From Alphaproteobacteria bacterium (GTDB lineage: Bacteria; Pseudomonadota; Alphaproteobacteria; UBA828), in contig CBDEFM010000002.1 of the NCBI GenBank assembly GCA_965237415.1, positions 2,464,001 through 2,528,000 of the forward strand: a DNA stretch of 64,000 nt, read 5' to 3'. Position numbers and translations under genes: made by a program. Positions 38,317-49,141 of the stretch are shown piece by piece (the stretch's first letter is position 1; the number at the start of each line of letters is the position of its first letter). The notes under the pieces are model-generated. The model worked only from the letters and a program-made list of their open reading frames with translations, did not search any database and was not told the origin of the DNA.

Positions 38317-39716
38317 GCCCGCTCCGCGGCGAAGGCCGAGAGCCGCTCCACGACGAAGCGAACCGACTCCTCGGTTGTCCTGCGACTGATGATGCCGAGG
38401 CGGACGGCCTCGGGCTCGCCGGGCCTGAGCGCCTCCGCCCAGGCGAGCACGCCCTCCTTCCTGAGATGCCCGACCGCGTCCGCGGCAGTGAACGAGCCCG
38501 CGCGCATCGCCGGGTGAACCGCGCAGACAACCGGCAGCGGGGTCCGATTGACGATTTCCCACCCCGCTTCGCGCAGAAGGCGGCGCAGCGTATCGCCGAG
38601 CGCGGCCTCTTGCTCGATCCTCTCGGCAAGTGCCGCCGGCTGGAGAATCGACGTGAGCACCCGGAGCCCGCTGTTGGCGCGCGAGCCCTGGAGCGAGAGA
38701 TAGGCGAACTCCTGCCGCGCCACGGCCCGGCCCGTGACGTTGAACGCGCGCTCGACCGCCTCGCGGTGGCGGCAGAGAAACATGCCGCATCCTCCCGCGC
38801 CGAGCGGCACCAGTGTCTTGTGCGGATCGAAGATGAGCGAATCCGCAGTATCGAGGCCGGCGAGGCAGGCGGCGCGCAAGCGCGGCGAGAACGCGGCGAT
38901 GGCGCCCCACGGCGCATCGACGTGGAACCATGCCCCGTACCGGCGACAGAACGCGCCGATTTCGGCCAGCGGGTCGATGATCCCGGAAGGTGTGGCACCG
39001 ACCGAGCCGATGACCATGAACGGCAGGAATGCGCCCGAATCCGCGTCCGCTGCCATCGCATCCTCAAGCGCGCCCACGTCCATGCGAAGGTCGTTGTCCA
39101 CCGGCACGGTGCGGATCGACGCGGTACCGATCAGGTTGCGCGCGTTCTTCTCGATCGAGACGTGGGTCTGAGGCGAGACATAGAGCGCAGGCCGCACGCT
39201 CAGCGGCAGGCATCCGTGGCGCCAGTACTCGTACGGCTCTTCTCGCCCGGCTTCGTCCGTGCAGAGCGCCGGGTCGTAGGCGCGACAACGCGGGTTGCGA
39301 TGCGAAAGCCGGTCGGTCAAGGCGACGACCATGGCGGTGTGGTTCGCCTCGGTGCCGCATGCGGTGAAGTGACCGGCCCCGCTCTCGGGATCGATGCCGA
39401 AGGCCTCCAGGAGAAGATCGACGCCGAATTGCTCGAAGGCAGCGGAGGCCGGATGCTGGTCCCGCACCGCGACGTTGGCACCGCGGCGGTTGGTCTCGTC
39501 CATGGCGGCGATCGAGGCGGCATCGGCGTCGATGCAGAAATAGCCCATGTTGAGCGGGCTGCTGACATCGGTGTCGTAGAGGTCCGACAATCGCCGGAAG
39601 ATCTGCATGAGCCGATCCACCGGAATATCGCCGGCGCCCGCATCCAGGTTGTCGCGCACGAGTGCATAGAGCGCCTCGAAGGCCGGGGCGTCGCGGGTCG
39701 CGGGCGCTTGAATCAT
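38313..39716 (-). CDS. Divergent group II PLP-dependent decarboxylase
   Basis: GTEAN, THVS, GATPSGIIDP, HVDAPWG, DPHK (PLP lysine), LQGSR. Confidence 0.82.
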   Translation of the reverse strand: MIQAPATRDAPAFEALYALVRDNLDAGAGDIPVDRLMQIFRRLSDLYDTDVSSPLNMGYFCIDADAASIAAMDETNRRGANVAVRDQHPASAAFEQFGVDLLLEAFGIDPESGAGHFTACGTEANHTAMVVALTDRLSHRNPRCRAYDPALCTDEAGREEPYEYWRHGCLPLSVRPALYVSPQTHVSIEKNARNLIGTASIRTVPVDNDLRMDVGALEDAMAADADSGAFLPFMVIGSVGATPSGIIDPLAEIGAFCRRYGAWFHVDAPWGAIAAFSPRLRAACLAGLDTADSLIFDPHKTLVPLGAGGCGMFLCRHREAVERAFNVTGRAVARQEFAYLSLQGSRANSGLRVLTSILQPAALAERIEQEAALGDTLRRLLREAGWEIVNRTPLPVVCAVHPAMRAGSFTAADAVGHLRKEGVLAWAEALRPGEPEAVRLGIISRRTTEESVRFVVERLSAFAAERA

Positions 39717-39803
39717 GGCGGTATCTCCGAGGCGGCGGGTCGCCGACTGACGCGGCGTGGTCCTCGTGTCGTAGAAACGAAGACTAGAGTTGAAGATTCG
39801 CGT

Positions 39804-39834
39804 TTGACATTTTCAAGCATATCATCAATATACT
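39804..39834 (+). promoter_or_regulatory. AT-rich promoter region of mucR
   Basis: TTGACA at 39804 and TATACT at 39829 (19 nt spacing) in a conspicuously AT-rich tract. Confidence 0.45.
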
Positions 39835-39873
39835 CACGGTGAATTTCCAGTCAGCAATGATAAAGAAGCTGAA

Positions 39874-40365
39874 ATGAGTGATCAGACAGAAAACCCCGGC
39901 TCGAACAACGATCTGTTACGCATGACTGCAGATGTCGTCACGGTATACGTAGGCAATAATACCGTGGCGCCGTCTGATCTCGCGGATGTCATTCGTACGG
40001 TTCATGCTTCCCTGCAGCAGGCAAAGGCCAGCGAGAGCAGCGTTGCGACGGCGCTGAAGCCGGCGGTCCCGGTCAAGAAGTCGATCACGCCCGACTATCT
40101 GATCTGCCTCGAGGATGGCCGCGAGCTGAAGATGCTGAAGCGGCATCTGCGCACGACCTACAACCTGACTCCGGACGAATACCGGGCCAAATGGGGCCTC
40201 GATCCCGACTACCCGATGGTCGCGCCCAACTATGCGCGGAGACGGTCGGAGTTTGCGAAGCAGATCGGCCTCGGCCAGAAGAGACGGCGGGCCGGGTCAG
40301 TCGAGGTCGACATCGGCTCTGGGGACAGCGGCGCGTCATCTTCGGGAGGCGGTGCCCTCCAATAG
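39874..40365 (+). CDS. mucR: Ros/MucR family transcriptional regulator
   Basis: PAVPVKKSI, ICLEDG...LKRHL, YRAKWGL..DYPMVAPNY. Confidence 0.95.
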   Translation: MSDQTENPGSNNDLLRMTADVVTVYVGNNTVAPSDLADVIRTVHASLQQAKASESSVATALKPAVPVKKSITPDYLICLEDGRELKMLKRHLRTTYNLTPDEYRAKWGLDPDYPMVAPNYARRRSEFAKQIGLGQKRRRAGSVEVDIGSGDSGASSSGGGALQ

Positions 40366-40386
40366 AGCCCCGCAGAAGCCGGCGGG

Positions 40387-41328
40387 CTAGCTCGTCGCAG
40401 CCTCCCTGCGGCCGGTCGTGGTCACAAGGAAGAGACCGGCGAACATCAGGACAACTGCGCCCCAGATATACGCCGACGGCGCATCGCCGAAGAACCACAT
40501 GCCGAAGCCCATGCCCGACAGCGTGGCCACATAGTTGACCGTCGAGAAGATCACCGGGCCTGCGCGCCTGATCACCTCGAAAACCAAATAGAACGAGACG
40601 CTGTTGTTCGCCATCGCGGCGATCGTGGCCCAGTGGCCGGTGCCGAAGCCGCCGCCGAAGGCCCACCACTCCCCGGTCGCCGCCATCACGATGAAGACGT
40701 AGCCGGCCGACGCCAGCATCAGGCCTGCGCCGAGCGCCAGCGAGGTCGTCTGCTGCGGGCGCCAGCGAGCGATCAACACCGCATTGACTGCATAGGAAAG
40801 CGAAGGCACCAGGCCGAGCGCCACCCAGCCGGCCATGCCGGGCGCCGGCAGGCTCGCCTGCGGGACAAGCACCAGAAGGATGCCGGCCAGCCCCAGCAGA
40901 ATTCCACCGAACCGGAGCGTGTGGAATCGCTCCTGCCTGAGCGTCAACGCCAGCGCATAGATCATCACCGGCACCAGCGAGAGCCCCAAAGTGAGCAGGC
41001 TCGCCGGCACCTTGTGCGCGAGGTACGCAAGCAGCATGTAGGGGAAGGCGAGGTTGAGCGCGCCGGTGGAGAGGAAGATGCGCACGTGGGGGACGTCGAT
41101 GGGCGGCAGACGGCGTAGAGCGGCGGCCACGAGCATGAGCGCAGCCCCCCCGCCGAACGACTGCCAGAACACATAGGGAAGGAAGGGCACGTCGCCGTCC
41201 GCTGCGAATCGGTTGAGCGAGATCGCCAGCGCAAACGAGACACCGAGGACGAAGAGCATCGCGATGGTGACCGGGCTCGGACCGGCGGCGGAGCGGGGTT
41301 TCTCCGCAGCGCGCGGATCGACGGGCAT
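40387..41328 (-). CDS. DMT/EamA family transporter
   Basis: About 10 TM helices, LRQERF, RRAGP, FFGD. Confidence 0.85.
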   Translation of the reverse strand: MPVDPRAAEKPRSAAGPSPVTIAMLFVLGVSFALAISLNRFAADGDVPFLPYVFWQSFGGGAALMLVAAALRRLPPIDVPHVRIFLSTGALNLAFPYMLLAYLAHKVPASLLTLGLSLVPVMIYALALTLRQERFHTLRFGGILLGLAGILLVLVPQASLPAPGMAGWVALGLVPSLSYAVNAVLIARWRPQQTTSLALGAGLMLASAGYVFIVMAATGEWWAFGGGFGTGHWATIAAMANNSVSFYLVFEVIRRAGPVIFSTVNYVATLSGMGFGMWFFGDAPSAYIWGAVVLMFAGLFLVTTTGRREAATS

Positions 41329-41432
41329 GGGCGGAGCCTTTCACGGGTCGCGGCATGGCGCCACCGGGGCAGGGCAGGCTTGGTGCGCCGCTCGCCCGAA
41401 TGCTAGAACGGCGCATCGTCCAGGAGGGAATC

Positions 41433-42647
41433 ATGGGCCAAACTGCCGCGGCCGCCAAGGCCGCACCGTCCCGTACGAAACCGGTCTTCCAGTGGGACGA
41501 TCCGTTTCTGCTCGACGATCAACTCAGCGAGGACGAGCGGCTGGTACGCGACACCACCTGCGCCTACGCCCAAGACAAGTTGATGCCGCGCATCATCGAG
41601 GCGAACCGGCACGAGCGATTCGACCGCGAGATCATGAACGAGATGGGCGCCCTCGGCCTGCTGGGATCCACCATCCAGGGCTATGGCTGCGCCGGCGTCA
41701 GCTACGTCTGTTACGGCCTCGCCGCACGGGAAATCGAGGCGGTCGATTCCGGCTACCGCTCAGCGATGAGCGTGCAATCGAGCCTGGTGATGTATCCCAT
41801 CCACGCCTACGGCACCGAGGTGCAGAAACAAACGTGGTTGCCGCGGCTTGCCAAGGGAGAGGCGATCGGCTGCTTCGGCCTCACCGAGCCCGACGTTGGC
41901 TCCGACCCCGGTGGCATGACGACACGCGCACGTGCGGTCGACGGCGGCTTCCTCCTCTCCGGTGCGAAGAACTGGATTTCCAACTCGCCCCTCGCCGATG
42001 TCTTTCTGGTCTGGGCCAAGAACGACGAGGGCACGATCCGGGGCTACCTGCTGGAGAAGGGCATGAAGGGGCTGGCGGCGCCCAAGATCGAGGGCAAGTT
42101 CTCGCTCCGCGCCTCGGTCACGGGTATGATCCAGATGGACGAGGTCTTCGTGCCGGCGGAGAACGAGCTTCCCGGCGCGAGCGGACTCTCGGGCCCGTTC
42201 CGCTGCCTCAACCGCGCCCGCTACGGCATCGGCTGGGGGGCGCTCGGTGCCGCCGAGTTCTGCTGGCGGGCCGCCCGCCAATACACGATGGACCGCCGGC
42301 AGTTCGGCAAGCCGCTCGCGGCCAACCAGCTCATCCAGAAGAAACTCGCCGACATGCAGACCGAGATCGCCATCGGCTTGCAGGCCTGCCTTCGCGTCGG
42401 GCGGCTCTTCGACGAGGGCCGGGCGACGCCGGAAATGATCTCTCTGATCAAGCGCAATTCCTGCGGCAAGGCGCTGGAGATGGCCCGTACCGCCCGTGAC
42501 ATGCACGGCGGCAACGGCATCAGCGATGAGTTCCACGTGATCCGCCATGTCATGAACCTCGAGGCGGTCAACACCTACGAGGGCACCCACGACATCCATG
42601 CCCTGATCCTCGGCCGGGCGCAGACCGGCATCCAGGCCTTCGCCTGA
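41433..42647 (+). CDS. gcdH: Glutaryl-CoA dehydrogenase
   Basis: [41 protein letters not shown]. Confidence 0.93.
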   Translation: MGQTAAAAKAAPSRTKPVFQWDDPFLLDDQLSEDERLVRDTTCAYAQDKLMPRIIEANRHERFDREIMNEMGALGLLGSTIQGYGCAGVSYVCYGLAAREIEAVDSGYRSAMSVQSSLVMYPIHAYGTEVQKQTWLPRLAKGEAIGCFGLTEPDVGSDPGGMTTRARAVDGGFLLSGAKNWISNSPLADVFLVWAKNDEGTIRGYLLEKGMKGLAAPKIEGKFSLRASVTGMIQMDEVFVPAENELPGASGLSGPFRCLNRARYGIGWGALGAAEFCWRAARQYTMDRRQFGKPLAANQLIQKKLADMQTEIAIGLQACLRVGRLFDEGRATPEMISLIKRNSCGKALEMARTARDMHGGNGISDEFHVIRHVMNLEAVNTYEGTHDIHALILGRAQTGIQAFA

Positions 42648-42649
42648 CC

Positions 42650-43948
42650 ATGGCGCGAAGCGGCGGGAAGGGGCGCAAAACGGAGCTCCTGCTCGGCGCG
42701 ATCGCCGACGACCTCACCGGCGCGACCGACCTCTGCAACACGCTGGTTGCGGGCGGCATGCGCACGGTCCAGGTGATCGGCGTGCCGGACACGGGCGCGC
42801 CGGTGCCTAACGCCGACGCAATCGTGATCGCGCTCAAGTCGCGCACGGTGCCGCCCGCCAAGGCGGTGTGCGAGTCCCGCGCGGCGCTCGCATGGCTGAG
42901 AGAGGGCGGCGCCCGCCAGATCTTCTTCAAGTATTGCTCGACCTTCGATTCGACGAGCCGCGGCAACATTGGGCCGGTGACCGATGCCTTGCTCGACGAT
43001 CTCGGGTCCGACCTCACTATCGCGTGCCCGGCCTTCCCAACCAACGGGCGAACCGTTTACAAGGGGCATCTCTTCGTCGGCGATGTGCTGCTCGAGAACT
43101 CGGGCATGCGCAACCACCCGCTCACGCCGATGAGGGACTCCAACCTCGTGGCTGTGCTCGGCGCCCAGACGCCCCACCCGGTGGGGCTGGTCGAGCACGC
43201 GACGGTGCGCCAGGGCGCTAATGCGATCCGCCACGCGCTCGAAGGACTGCGGGAAGCGGGTATCCGCCATGCCATCGTCGATGCCATCGCCGACGAGGAC
43301 CTCATGGCAATCGGCGCGGCCTGCGCGGACCTGCCGCTCATGACAGGCGGCTCGGGCGTCGCCATGGGCCTGCCGACGAACTTCCGGGCGGGCGGGTTGC
43401 TCAAAGCGGCCGATGAAGCGGCCACGCTGCCGGCCGCATCTGGGCACGCGGCGGTGATCGCCGGCAGCTGCTCGCCGGCGACGCTCGGGCAGATCGAGAA
43501 CATGGTGGCATCCTGTCCGTCCTTCTTCGTCGATGCCGAGGCGCTTGCTGCGCGCCGGCGGGTGGCGGCGGAGGCACTAACCTGGGCACGGCCGCGTCTC
43601 GCCGAAGGGCCGGTGCTGATCTACGCCAGCGCCCCGCCCACGCGGGTCAGACGGATTCAGAAGCGGCTCGGTGCGGAAAAGGCCGGCGCGATGATCGAGC
43701 GCTGCCTCGCCCGCATCGCGAGCGGCCTCGTCGATGCAGGCGTGGGCCGGCTGGTGGTGGCAGGCGGCGAGACCGCAGGCGCCGTGGTGGGTACGCTCGG
43801 GGTCCAGGCGCTCCGCATCGGGGCCGAGATCGACCCCGGTGTGCCGTGGACCATGAGCGTCGGCGAACCCCGGCTCCATCTCGCGCTGAAATCCGGCAAT
43901 TTCGGCGAGCCCGACTTCTTCACCCGCGCCTTCGCCGTCCTCCCATGA
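42650..43948 (+). CDS. otnK: 3-oxo-tetronate kinase (DUF1537 family)
   Basis: IADDLTGATD, KYCSTFDST..GNIG, HPLTPM.DSNL, GGET, LKSGNFG. Confidence 0.9.
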   Translation: MARSGGKGRKTELLLGAIADDLTGATDLCNTLVAGGMRTVQVIGVPDTGAPVPNADAIVIALKSRTVPPAKAVCESRAALAWLREGGARQIFFKYCSTFDSTSRGNIGPVTDALLDDLGSDLTIACPAFPTNGRTVYKGHLFVGDVLLENSGMRNHPLTPMRDSNLVAVLGAQTPHPVGLVEHATVRQGANAIRHALEGLREAGIRHAIVDAIADEDLMAIGAACADLPLMTGGSGVAMGLPTNFRAGGLLKAADEAATLPAASGHAAVIAGSCSPATLGQIENMVASCPSFFVDAEALAARRRVAAEALTWARPRLAEGPVLIYASAPPTRVRRIQKRLGAEKAGAMIERCLARIASGLVDAGVGRLVVAGGETAGAVVGTLGVQALRIGAEIDPGVPWTMSVGEPRLHLALKSGNFGEPDFFTRAFAVLP

Positions 43949-44577
43949 GCGAGAGCGCCATTCGCGAGCAAATCGCTCGCCACGGCGAATCGCTGTTCAC
44001 GCGCGGCTACGGCTGCGGCGCGTCGGGAAACATCAGCGTTGTGCTGGACGACGGGATTCTGGTGACGCCGACCAACTCATGCCTCGGCCGTCTCGACCCC
44101 GCGCGGATTGCGAAGCTCGGGCCGGACGGCACGCATCTCTCGGGCGACCCGCCGTCGAAAGAGGCCTTCCTCCACCAATCGATGTATCGGGCCAGGGCGG
44201 ATGCGCGCGCCATCGTGCATCTGCACAGCACATGCTCGGTGGCCGTCTCCTGCCTCGCCGACGTCGATCCTGCGGACGTGCTGCCCCCGCTCACCGCCTA
44301 TTACGTGATGCGCGTGGGCCGGCTGCCACTCATCCCCTACTACCGGCCGGGCGATCGCGCCTTGGCCTCCGCCGTCTACGATTTCGCGATCGACCATCAC
44401 GCGGTGCTGCTGGCCAATCACGGCCCGGTGGTCGCCGGCAAGGCGTTGGATGCCGCGGTCTATGCCGCCGAGGAGCTGGAGGAGACGGCGAAGCTGCACC
44501 TGTTGCTGCGCGGCACGCCGGTCAGACTGCTCACGGATGAGCAGGTCGCCGAGTTGAGGGAGGCGTTCCCGACCTGA
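43945..44577 (+). CDS. otnC: 3-oxo-tetronate 4-phosphate decarboxylase (class II aldolase)
   Basis: SGNIS, PSKE..LH, VHLHS, LANHGPVV, EELEETAKL; ATGA overlap with otnK. Confidence 0.88.
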   Translation: MSESAIREQIARHGESLFTRGYGCGASGNISVVLDDGILVTPTNSCLGRLDPARIAKLGPDGTHLSGDPPSKEAFLHQSMYRARADARAIVHLHSTCSVAVSCLADVDPADVLPPLTAYYVMRVGRLPLIPYYRPGDRALASAVYDFAIDHHAVLLANHGPVVAGKALDAAVYAAEELEETAKLHLLLRGTPVRLLTDEQVAELREAFPT

Positions 44578-44610
44578 GCCGGGGTCTGTTGAGGGGTGCG
44601 CGCCGCCCGA

Positions 44611-45042
44611 TCAGGCGGCCTCGCTCTCCTCTTCTTCCTCGTCGTCGCCCGGTACGGGGCCTGAATCCTTGCCCTTCTCGTCCTCGTCCCGGTCGACAAG
44701 CTCGATGATCGCCATGGGCGCAGCGTCGCCGTAGCGGAAGCCGGCCTTCAGCACGCGGGTATAGCCGCCCGGGCGATCGGCATAGCGGGGCCCCAGCGTG
44801 TCGAAGAGCTTGCGCACCACCGCCTCGTCGACGAGATAACCCAGGGCCTGCCGGCGTGCGTGGAGGTCGCCGCGCTTGCCGAGCGTGATCATGCGCTCGA
44901 CCACGCCGCGCAGCTCCTTCGCCTTGGGCACGGTGGTCTCGATCTGCTCGTGCTTGAGCAACGCCGTCGCCATGTTGCGAAACATCGCGCGGCGGTGGCT
45001 CGACGTCCGGTTCAGCTTGCGACGGCCATGTCGATGGCGCAT
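44611..45042 (-). CDS. rplQ: 50S ribosomal protein L17
   Basis: MRHR..GRKLNR, RPGGYTR motifs. Confidence 0.99.
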   Translation of the reverse strand: MRHRHGRRKLNRTSSHRRAMFRNMATALLKHEQIETTVPKAKELRGVVERMITLGKRGDLHARRQALGYLVDEAVVRKLFDTLGPRYADRPGGYTRVLKAGFRYGDAAPMAIIELVDRDEDEKGKDSGPVPGDDEEEEESEAA

Positions 45043-45081
45043 GGCTTATCCCCCTGCGGCGTGGCTCGGGCTGACCGGCCC

Positions 45082-46095
45082 CTAGTAGGGCTCGTCCAGC
45101 CTCTTGGCCAGCTCCTCGATGTTCTCGGGCGGCCAGTCGGTGAGCTCCATGCCGAGATAGAGGCCCATGCCGGCGAGCACGTCCTTGATCTCGTTGAGCG
45201 ATTTCCGCCCGAAGTTGGGCGTCCGCAGCATTTCGGCCTCGGAATACTGCACCAGGTCGCCGATGTAGATGATGTTGTCGTTCTTGAGGCAGTTGGCGGA
45301 GCGGACCGAGAGTTCCAGCTCGTCCACCTTGCGCAGCAGGTTCGGATTGAACTCGGGCTCGGCCGCCTCCTCGGCACGCGGCAACTCGTGCGGCTCCTCG
45401 AAGTTGATAAAGAGTTGGAACTGGTCCTGGAGAATCCGGGCGGCGAGCGCGATCGCATCCTCAGGCGAGACGGTGCCGTTGGTCTCGACCCGCATCGTCA
45501 GCTTGTCGTAGTCGGTCACCTGGCCCACGCGGGTGTTATCCACCTTGTAGGCAACCTTGCGGACCGGGCTGTAGAGCGCATCGACCGGGATCAGCCCGAT
45601 GGGCGCGTCCTCGGGCCGGTTCTGAGCGGCGGGAACGTATCCCTTGCCCGTCTCGACCGTGAACTCCATGTCGATGCGGGCATTCTCGTCGAGCGTGCAG
45701 ATCACCACGCTCGGATCGACGATCTGGATGCCGTGGCCCTCCTGGATTTGCGCCGCCGTGACCTCGCCCGGACCGGACGCGGTCAGCGTCATCCGCTTGG
45801 GACCCTCACCGTGCATGCGGAGCGCGAGCAGCTTCAAGTTAAGCACGATGTCGGTGATGTCCTCGCGCACACCCTGGAGCGAGGAGAACTCGTGCAGCAC
45901 GCCGTTGATCTGCATCGACGTGACCGCAGCACCCTGCAGCGACGACAGCAGGATGCGCCGGAGCGCGTTGCCGAGCGTCATGCCGTAGCCACGCTCGAGC
46001 GGCTCGGCCACGATACGGGCGTAGCGGGAGCTGTCGCCCTCGGGCGTCACTTCGAGTTTGGACGGCTTGATGAGTTCCTGCCAGTTCTTATTCAT
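45082..46095 (-). CDS. rpoA: RNA polymerase subunit alpha
   Basis: [37 protein letters not shown]; start moved to ATG at 46095. Confidence 0.99.
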   Translation of the reverse strand: MNKNWQELIKPSKLEVTPEGDSSRYARIVAEPLERGYGMTLGNALRRILLSSLQGAAVTSMQINGVLHEFSSLQGVREDITDIVLNLKLLALRMHGEGPKRMTLTASGPGEVTAAQIQEGHGIQIVDPSVVICTLDENARIDMEFTVETGKGYVPAAQNRPEDAPIGLIPVDALYSPVRKVAYKVDNTRVGQVTDYDKLTMRVETNGTVSPEDAIALAARILQDQFQLFINFEEPHELPRAEEAAEPEFNPNLLRKVDELELSVRSANCLKNDNIIYIGDLVQYSEAEMLRTPNFGRKSLNEIKDVLAGMGLYLGMELTDWPPENIEELAKRLDEPY

Positions 46096-46177
46096 GACGC
46101 AGACTGTCCCCGTGTGATGGGTTGCTCGCCCGCCGGATGAGCGATGTGGCGCGCGGCTGCGCGCCGAAACGATGCCG

Positions 46178-46564
46178 TCAGACGCGCCGCCTTTTTGGCG
46201 GCCGACATCCATTGTGCGGGATCGGCGTGACGTCGCGGATCGCGGTGATCACGAAGCCCGCGCTTTGAAGCGCCCGCAGCGCCGATTCTCGGCCCGAGCC
46301 CGGCCCCCTGACCTCGACCTCGAGCGACTTGACGCCGTGCTCGGCGGCCTTGCGGCCAGCTTCCTCCGCCGCCATCTGGGCGGCGTAAGGGGTCGATTTG
46401 CGCGAGCCGCGAAAGCCCATGCTGCCGGCCGACGACCAGGCAATGGCGTTGCCCTGGACATCGGTAATGGTGATCATCGTGCTGTTGAAGGTGGCGCTGA
46501 CATGGGCGATGCCGGAGGAGATGTTCTTCCGCTCGCGGCGTCGCGTGCGCGTCGGCTTCGCCAT
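46178..46564 (-). CDS. rpsK: 30S ribosomal protein S11
   Basis: [27 protein letters not shown]. Confidence 0.99.
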   Translation of the reverse strand: MAKPTRTRRRERKNISSGIAHVSATFNSTMITITDVQGNAIAWSSAGSMGFRGSRKSTPYAAQMAAEEAGRKAAEHGVKSLEVEVRGPGSGRESALRALQSAGFVITAIRDVTPIPHNGCRPPKRRRV

Positions 46565-46576
46565 ACTCGCTGCCCT

Positions 46577-46945
46577 CTACTTCTTCCTGCCCGCGATCGG
46601 GCGCGCTGGCCCCTTGCGCGTGCGTGCGTTGGTGTGGGTGCGCTGGCCGCGCACCGGCAAGCCGCGCCGATGCCTCAATCCCCGATAGGTACCGAGGTCC
46701 ATCAGCCGCTTGATGTTCATCGCAACCTCGCGCCGAAGGTCGCCCTCGACCACATAACTCTGGTCGATCACCTCGCGGATACGGATAACCTCAGAGTCGC
46801 TCAGCTGGCTCACCCGCTTCTCCGGCGGGAGACCGACCGTCTCGCGAATTTGCCGGGCCTTGGTGCGCCCGATACCGTGGATATAGGTCAACGCAATCTC
46901 GACCCGCTTGTTGGTCGGGATGTTGACGCCGGCGATGCGCGCCAC
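46577..46945 (-). CDS. rpsM: 30S ribosomal protein S13
   Basis: [28 protein letters not shown]. Confidence 0.99.
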   Translation of the reverse strand: MARIAGVNIPTNKRVEIALTYIHGIGRTKARQIRETVGLPPEKRVSQLSDSEVIRIREVIDQSYVVEGDLRREVAMNIKRLMDLGTYRGLRHRRGLPVRGQRTHTNARTRKGPARPIAGRKK

Positions 46946-47011
46946 GCTGGAGCCTCCTCATAGGGGAAAGGCGCGCGGCGATACCTGCGCCGCGCACCTT
47001 GGCGGTGAGTG

Positions 47012-47039
47012 ATTACCACCGCGCCCGCGCGCGAGTCAA
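47012..47039 (-). promoter_or_regulatory. Putative promoter of the alpha operon
   Basis: TTGACT (47039-47034), 16 nt spacer, GGTAAT. Confidence 0.5.
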
Positions 47040-47060
47040 TGCTAACCCGGACCTGCTTGG

Positions 47061-47103
47061 GGCTCTCTTGTCGACCCCCGAACAGAACCGGGACAAGAGG
47101 AGC
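47061..47103. terminator. Inverted repeat downstream of the ABC permease (possible terminator)
   Basis: GCTCTCTTGTC ... GACAAGAGGAGC imperfect stem; no clear U-tract. Confidence 0.3.
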
Positions 47104-47169
47104 GCAAGAGTCGGCCGGCCGGCCGGGGATTTGGCGCCGACTCTGAGGCCATCGCGTTGCGCGCGAGGC

Positions 47170-48228
47170 TCAGTTGCGTCCGGCGCCGCCCTCGATGCGC
47201 GAACGCCGGCGCCCCAGATACCGTTCGACGATCTCGTCGAGCTCGTCATTTCCGATCAGACCGTCGGGGCGGAGCGCCATGAACAGCACGATCGTGCCGC
47301 CGAGGAAGAAACCCGTGAGCCCGAATATCTGCGGTAGCTGGAGCCCGAGGATTTCGGGCGCACTCTCGAAATAGCGCATGATCTCGAAGCCGACGGTCAC
47401 CACGATGGCACCGATCACCGCGCCTGAGACGCTGCGCGTGCCGCCGAGAATGAGCATGGCAAGGGTCAGGAACGTCGCTTCGAAATAGAAACTCTTGGGG
47501 CTGATCGAGCCTATCAGATAGGCATACATCACGCCGCCCACCGCGATGATGGCGCCGCTCAGCGTCCACGCGACGAGGCGAAGCCAGCGGATGTTGACGC
47601 CCATGGCCTCGGCCGCGTCGATGTCCTCCCCGCTCGCGCGGAGCTGAACGCCGGACTTCGAGTCCCGGAACAGGCGCGCGGCGATGACGGCCCCTGCCGA
47701 GATGAACATCAACCAGACGATATTGGTGCTTACCGGGATGCCGTAGAGCGCCCGCGGCCCCCGGGTGAGATCGATCCAGTTGACGATCACGACATGGACA
47801 ATGACCAGCCAGGCGAGCGTCACGATGGTGCCAGCAATACCCGATTGCCGGGTGATCACCAGGCCGATGATGAAGGCGATGGCGGTGGTGATCGCAACGG
47901 CGATCAGCGCTGCCAGGACCGGCGACAATTCGACATGGGTCAGGCCGAAGGGCGCGGTGCGCAAGATCGACATCTTGATGGCGACGGGAATGACGAGAAT
48001 TGCGGCGATATAGGCCGCGATGCCCATGAAGGTGACGTGGCCGAGATTGGCGACATTCGAGTTGCCCATGGTCACCTGAAGGCCGAGCACGACAATCATG
48101 TTGATGAAGAAGATGTTGGTGACGCGGACCTGGGCCGTGTCGGCGAAACTCATGACGAGCACGCCGATCAGAATCGTCAGCAGGCCGAGCGCGACCCCGC
48201 CGCGCAGCGAGCGGAGGACGGGTCTCAT
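47170..48228 (-). CDS. Branched-chain amino acid-type ABC permease (LivM-like)
   Basis: LGHVTFMGIAAY, AAEAMGVN (EAA-like loop), LILGG, RPDGL. Confidence 0.9.
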   Translation of the reverse strand: MRPVLRSLRGGVALGLLTILIGVLVMSFADTAQVRVTNIFFINMIVVLGLQVTMGNSNVANLGHVTFMGIAAYIAAILVIPVAIKMSILRTAPFGLTHVELSPVLAALIAVAITTAIAFIIGLVITRQSGIAGTIVTLAWLVIVHVVIVNWIDLTRGPRALYGIPVSTNIVWLMFISAGAVIAARLFRDSKSGVQLRASGEDIDAAEAMGVNIRWLRLVAWTLSGAIIAVGGVMYAYLIGSISPKSFYFEATFLTLAMLILGGTRSVSGAVIGAIVVTVGFEIMRYFESAPEILGLQLPQIFGLTGFFLGGTIVLFMALRPDGLIGNDELDEIVERYLGRRRSRIEGGAGRN

Positions 48229-49127
48229 CCGCTCTTCTCTCCGAACTGGGCCTTGTGCCCCAGGATGCCCTGGGGACGCACAACGAGGAGCCCGCCGACG
48301 AAGAGGAAGACGAAGGCATCGCGATAGCCCGCGATGCCCTCGGGAAGGACGACCTGAAAGACGACCTCCGCAATACCGAGCGCGAAGCCGCCGATGACCG
48401 CCCCGGCAAGGCTCCCGAAGCCGCCCAGCACTGCGGCAACGAAAGCCTTGAGAACGGGCGCGAAGCCCATAAACGGATCAACCGCGCCCCGCCGCGCAAT
48501 GATGAAGATGGCCGCGAGGCCGGCGAGCGCGCCCGAGATCACGAAGGCCATGAGCACCACCTGATTGGCCCGGATGCCCATGAGGCGCACGGTGTTGAAA
48601 TCCTTGGAGGCCGCGCGCATGGCGAGGCCTATATTGGTGCTGCGCAGGAGGATCAGGAGCAGCATGAGCGCCAACCCCGTGACCGCGCCCTCGAGGATCT
48701 GCAGGACCTGGATCCGGACCCCTCCGACAGAGATCATCTCGCCCAAGAAATCCGGCGTCGGCACCGCCTTGGAACGCGTCGCGACCACGGTCACAAAGAA
48801 ATTCTTGACGATGATACTGAGGCCGAAGGCGGTCAGAAGCCCGGTCGTGGCCGGTGCGTTTCGTATCGGTCGGAAGGCGGTTCGTTCGAATACGACGGCG
48901 GCGGTGATGGAGGCCAGAATGCCGATCGGCAGCAGGCTCCAGGCGCTCGTCGGCGTGGCGAAGATGAAGAGCGCGTACATCGTGTAGCCGGACACGGTGA
49001 TGAACTCGCCGTGCGCGAAATTGACGAGGCCCATGACGGAGAACACGATCGCGAGGCCGAGCGCGAGCAGGGCGTACTCGCCGCCGATGCTGAGCGCGTT
49101 GAACCCCTGCTGGACGACGTATTCCAT
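48225..49127 (-). CDS. Branched-chain amino acid-type ABC permease (LivH-like)
   Basis: VNFAHGE, GLAMRA, LMGI, AAVLGGFGS, RPQGILG. Confidence 0.92.
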   Translation of the reverse strand: MEYVVQQGFNALSIGGEYALLALGLAIVFSVMGLVNFAHGEFITVSGYTMYALFIFATPTSAWSLLPIGILASITAAVVFERTAFRPIRNAPATTGLLTAFGLSIIVKNFFVTVVATRSKAVPTPDFLGEMISVGGVRIQVLQILEGAVTGLALMLLLILLRSTNIGLAMRAASKDFNTVRLMGIRANQVVLMAFVISGALAGLAAIFIIARRGAVDPFMGFAPVLKAFVAAVLGGFGSLAGAVIGGFALGIAEVVFQVVLPEGIAGYRDAFVFLFVGGLLVVRPQGILGHKAQFGEKSG

Positions 49128-49141
49128 GACGCTTGCGCTGC

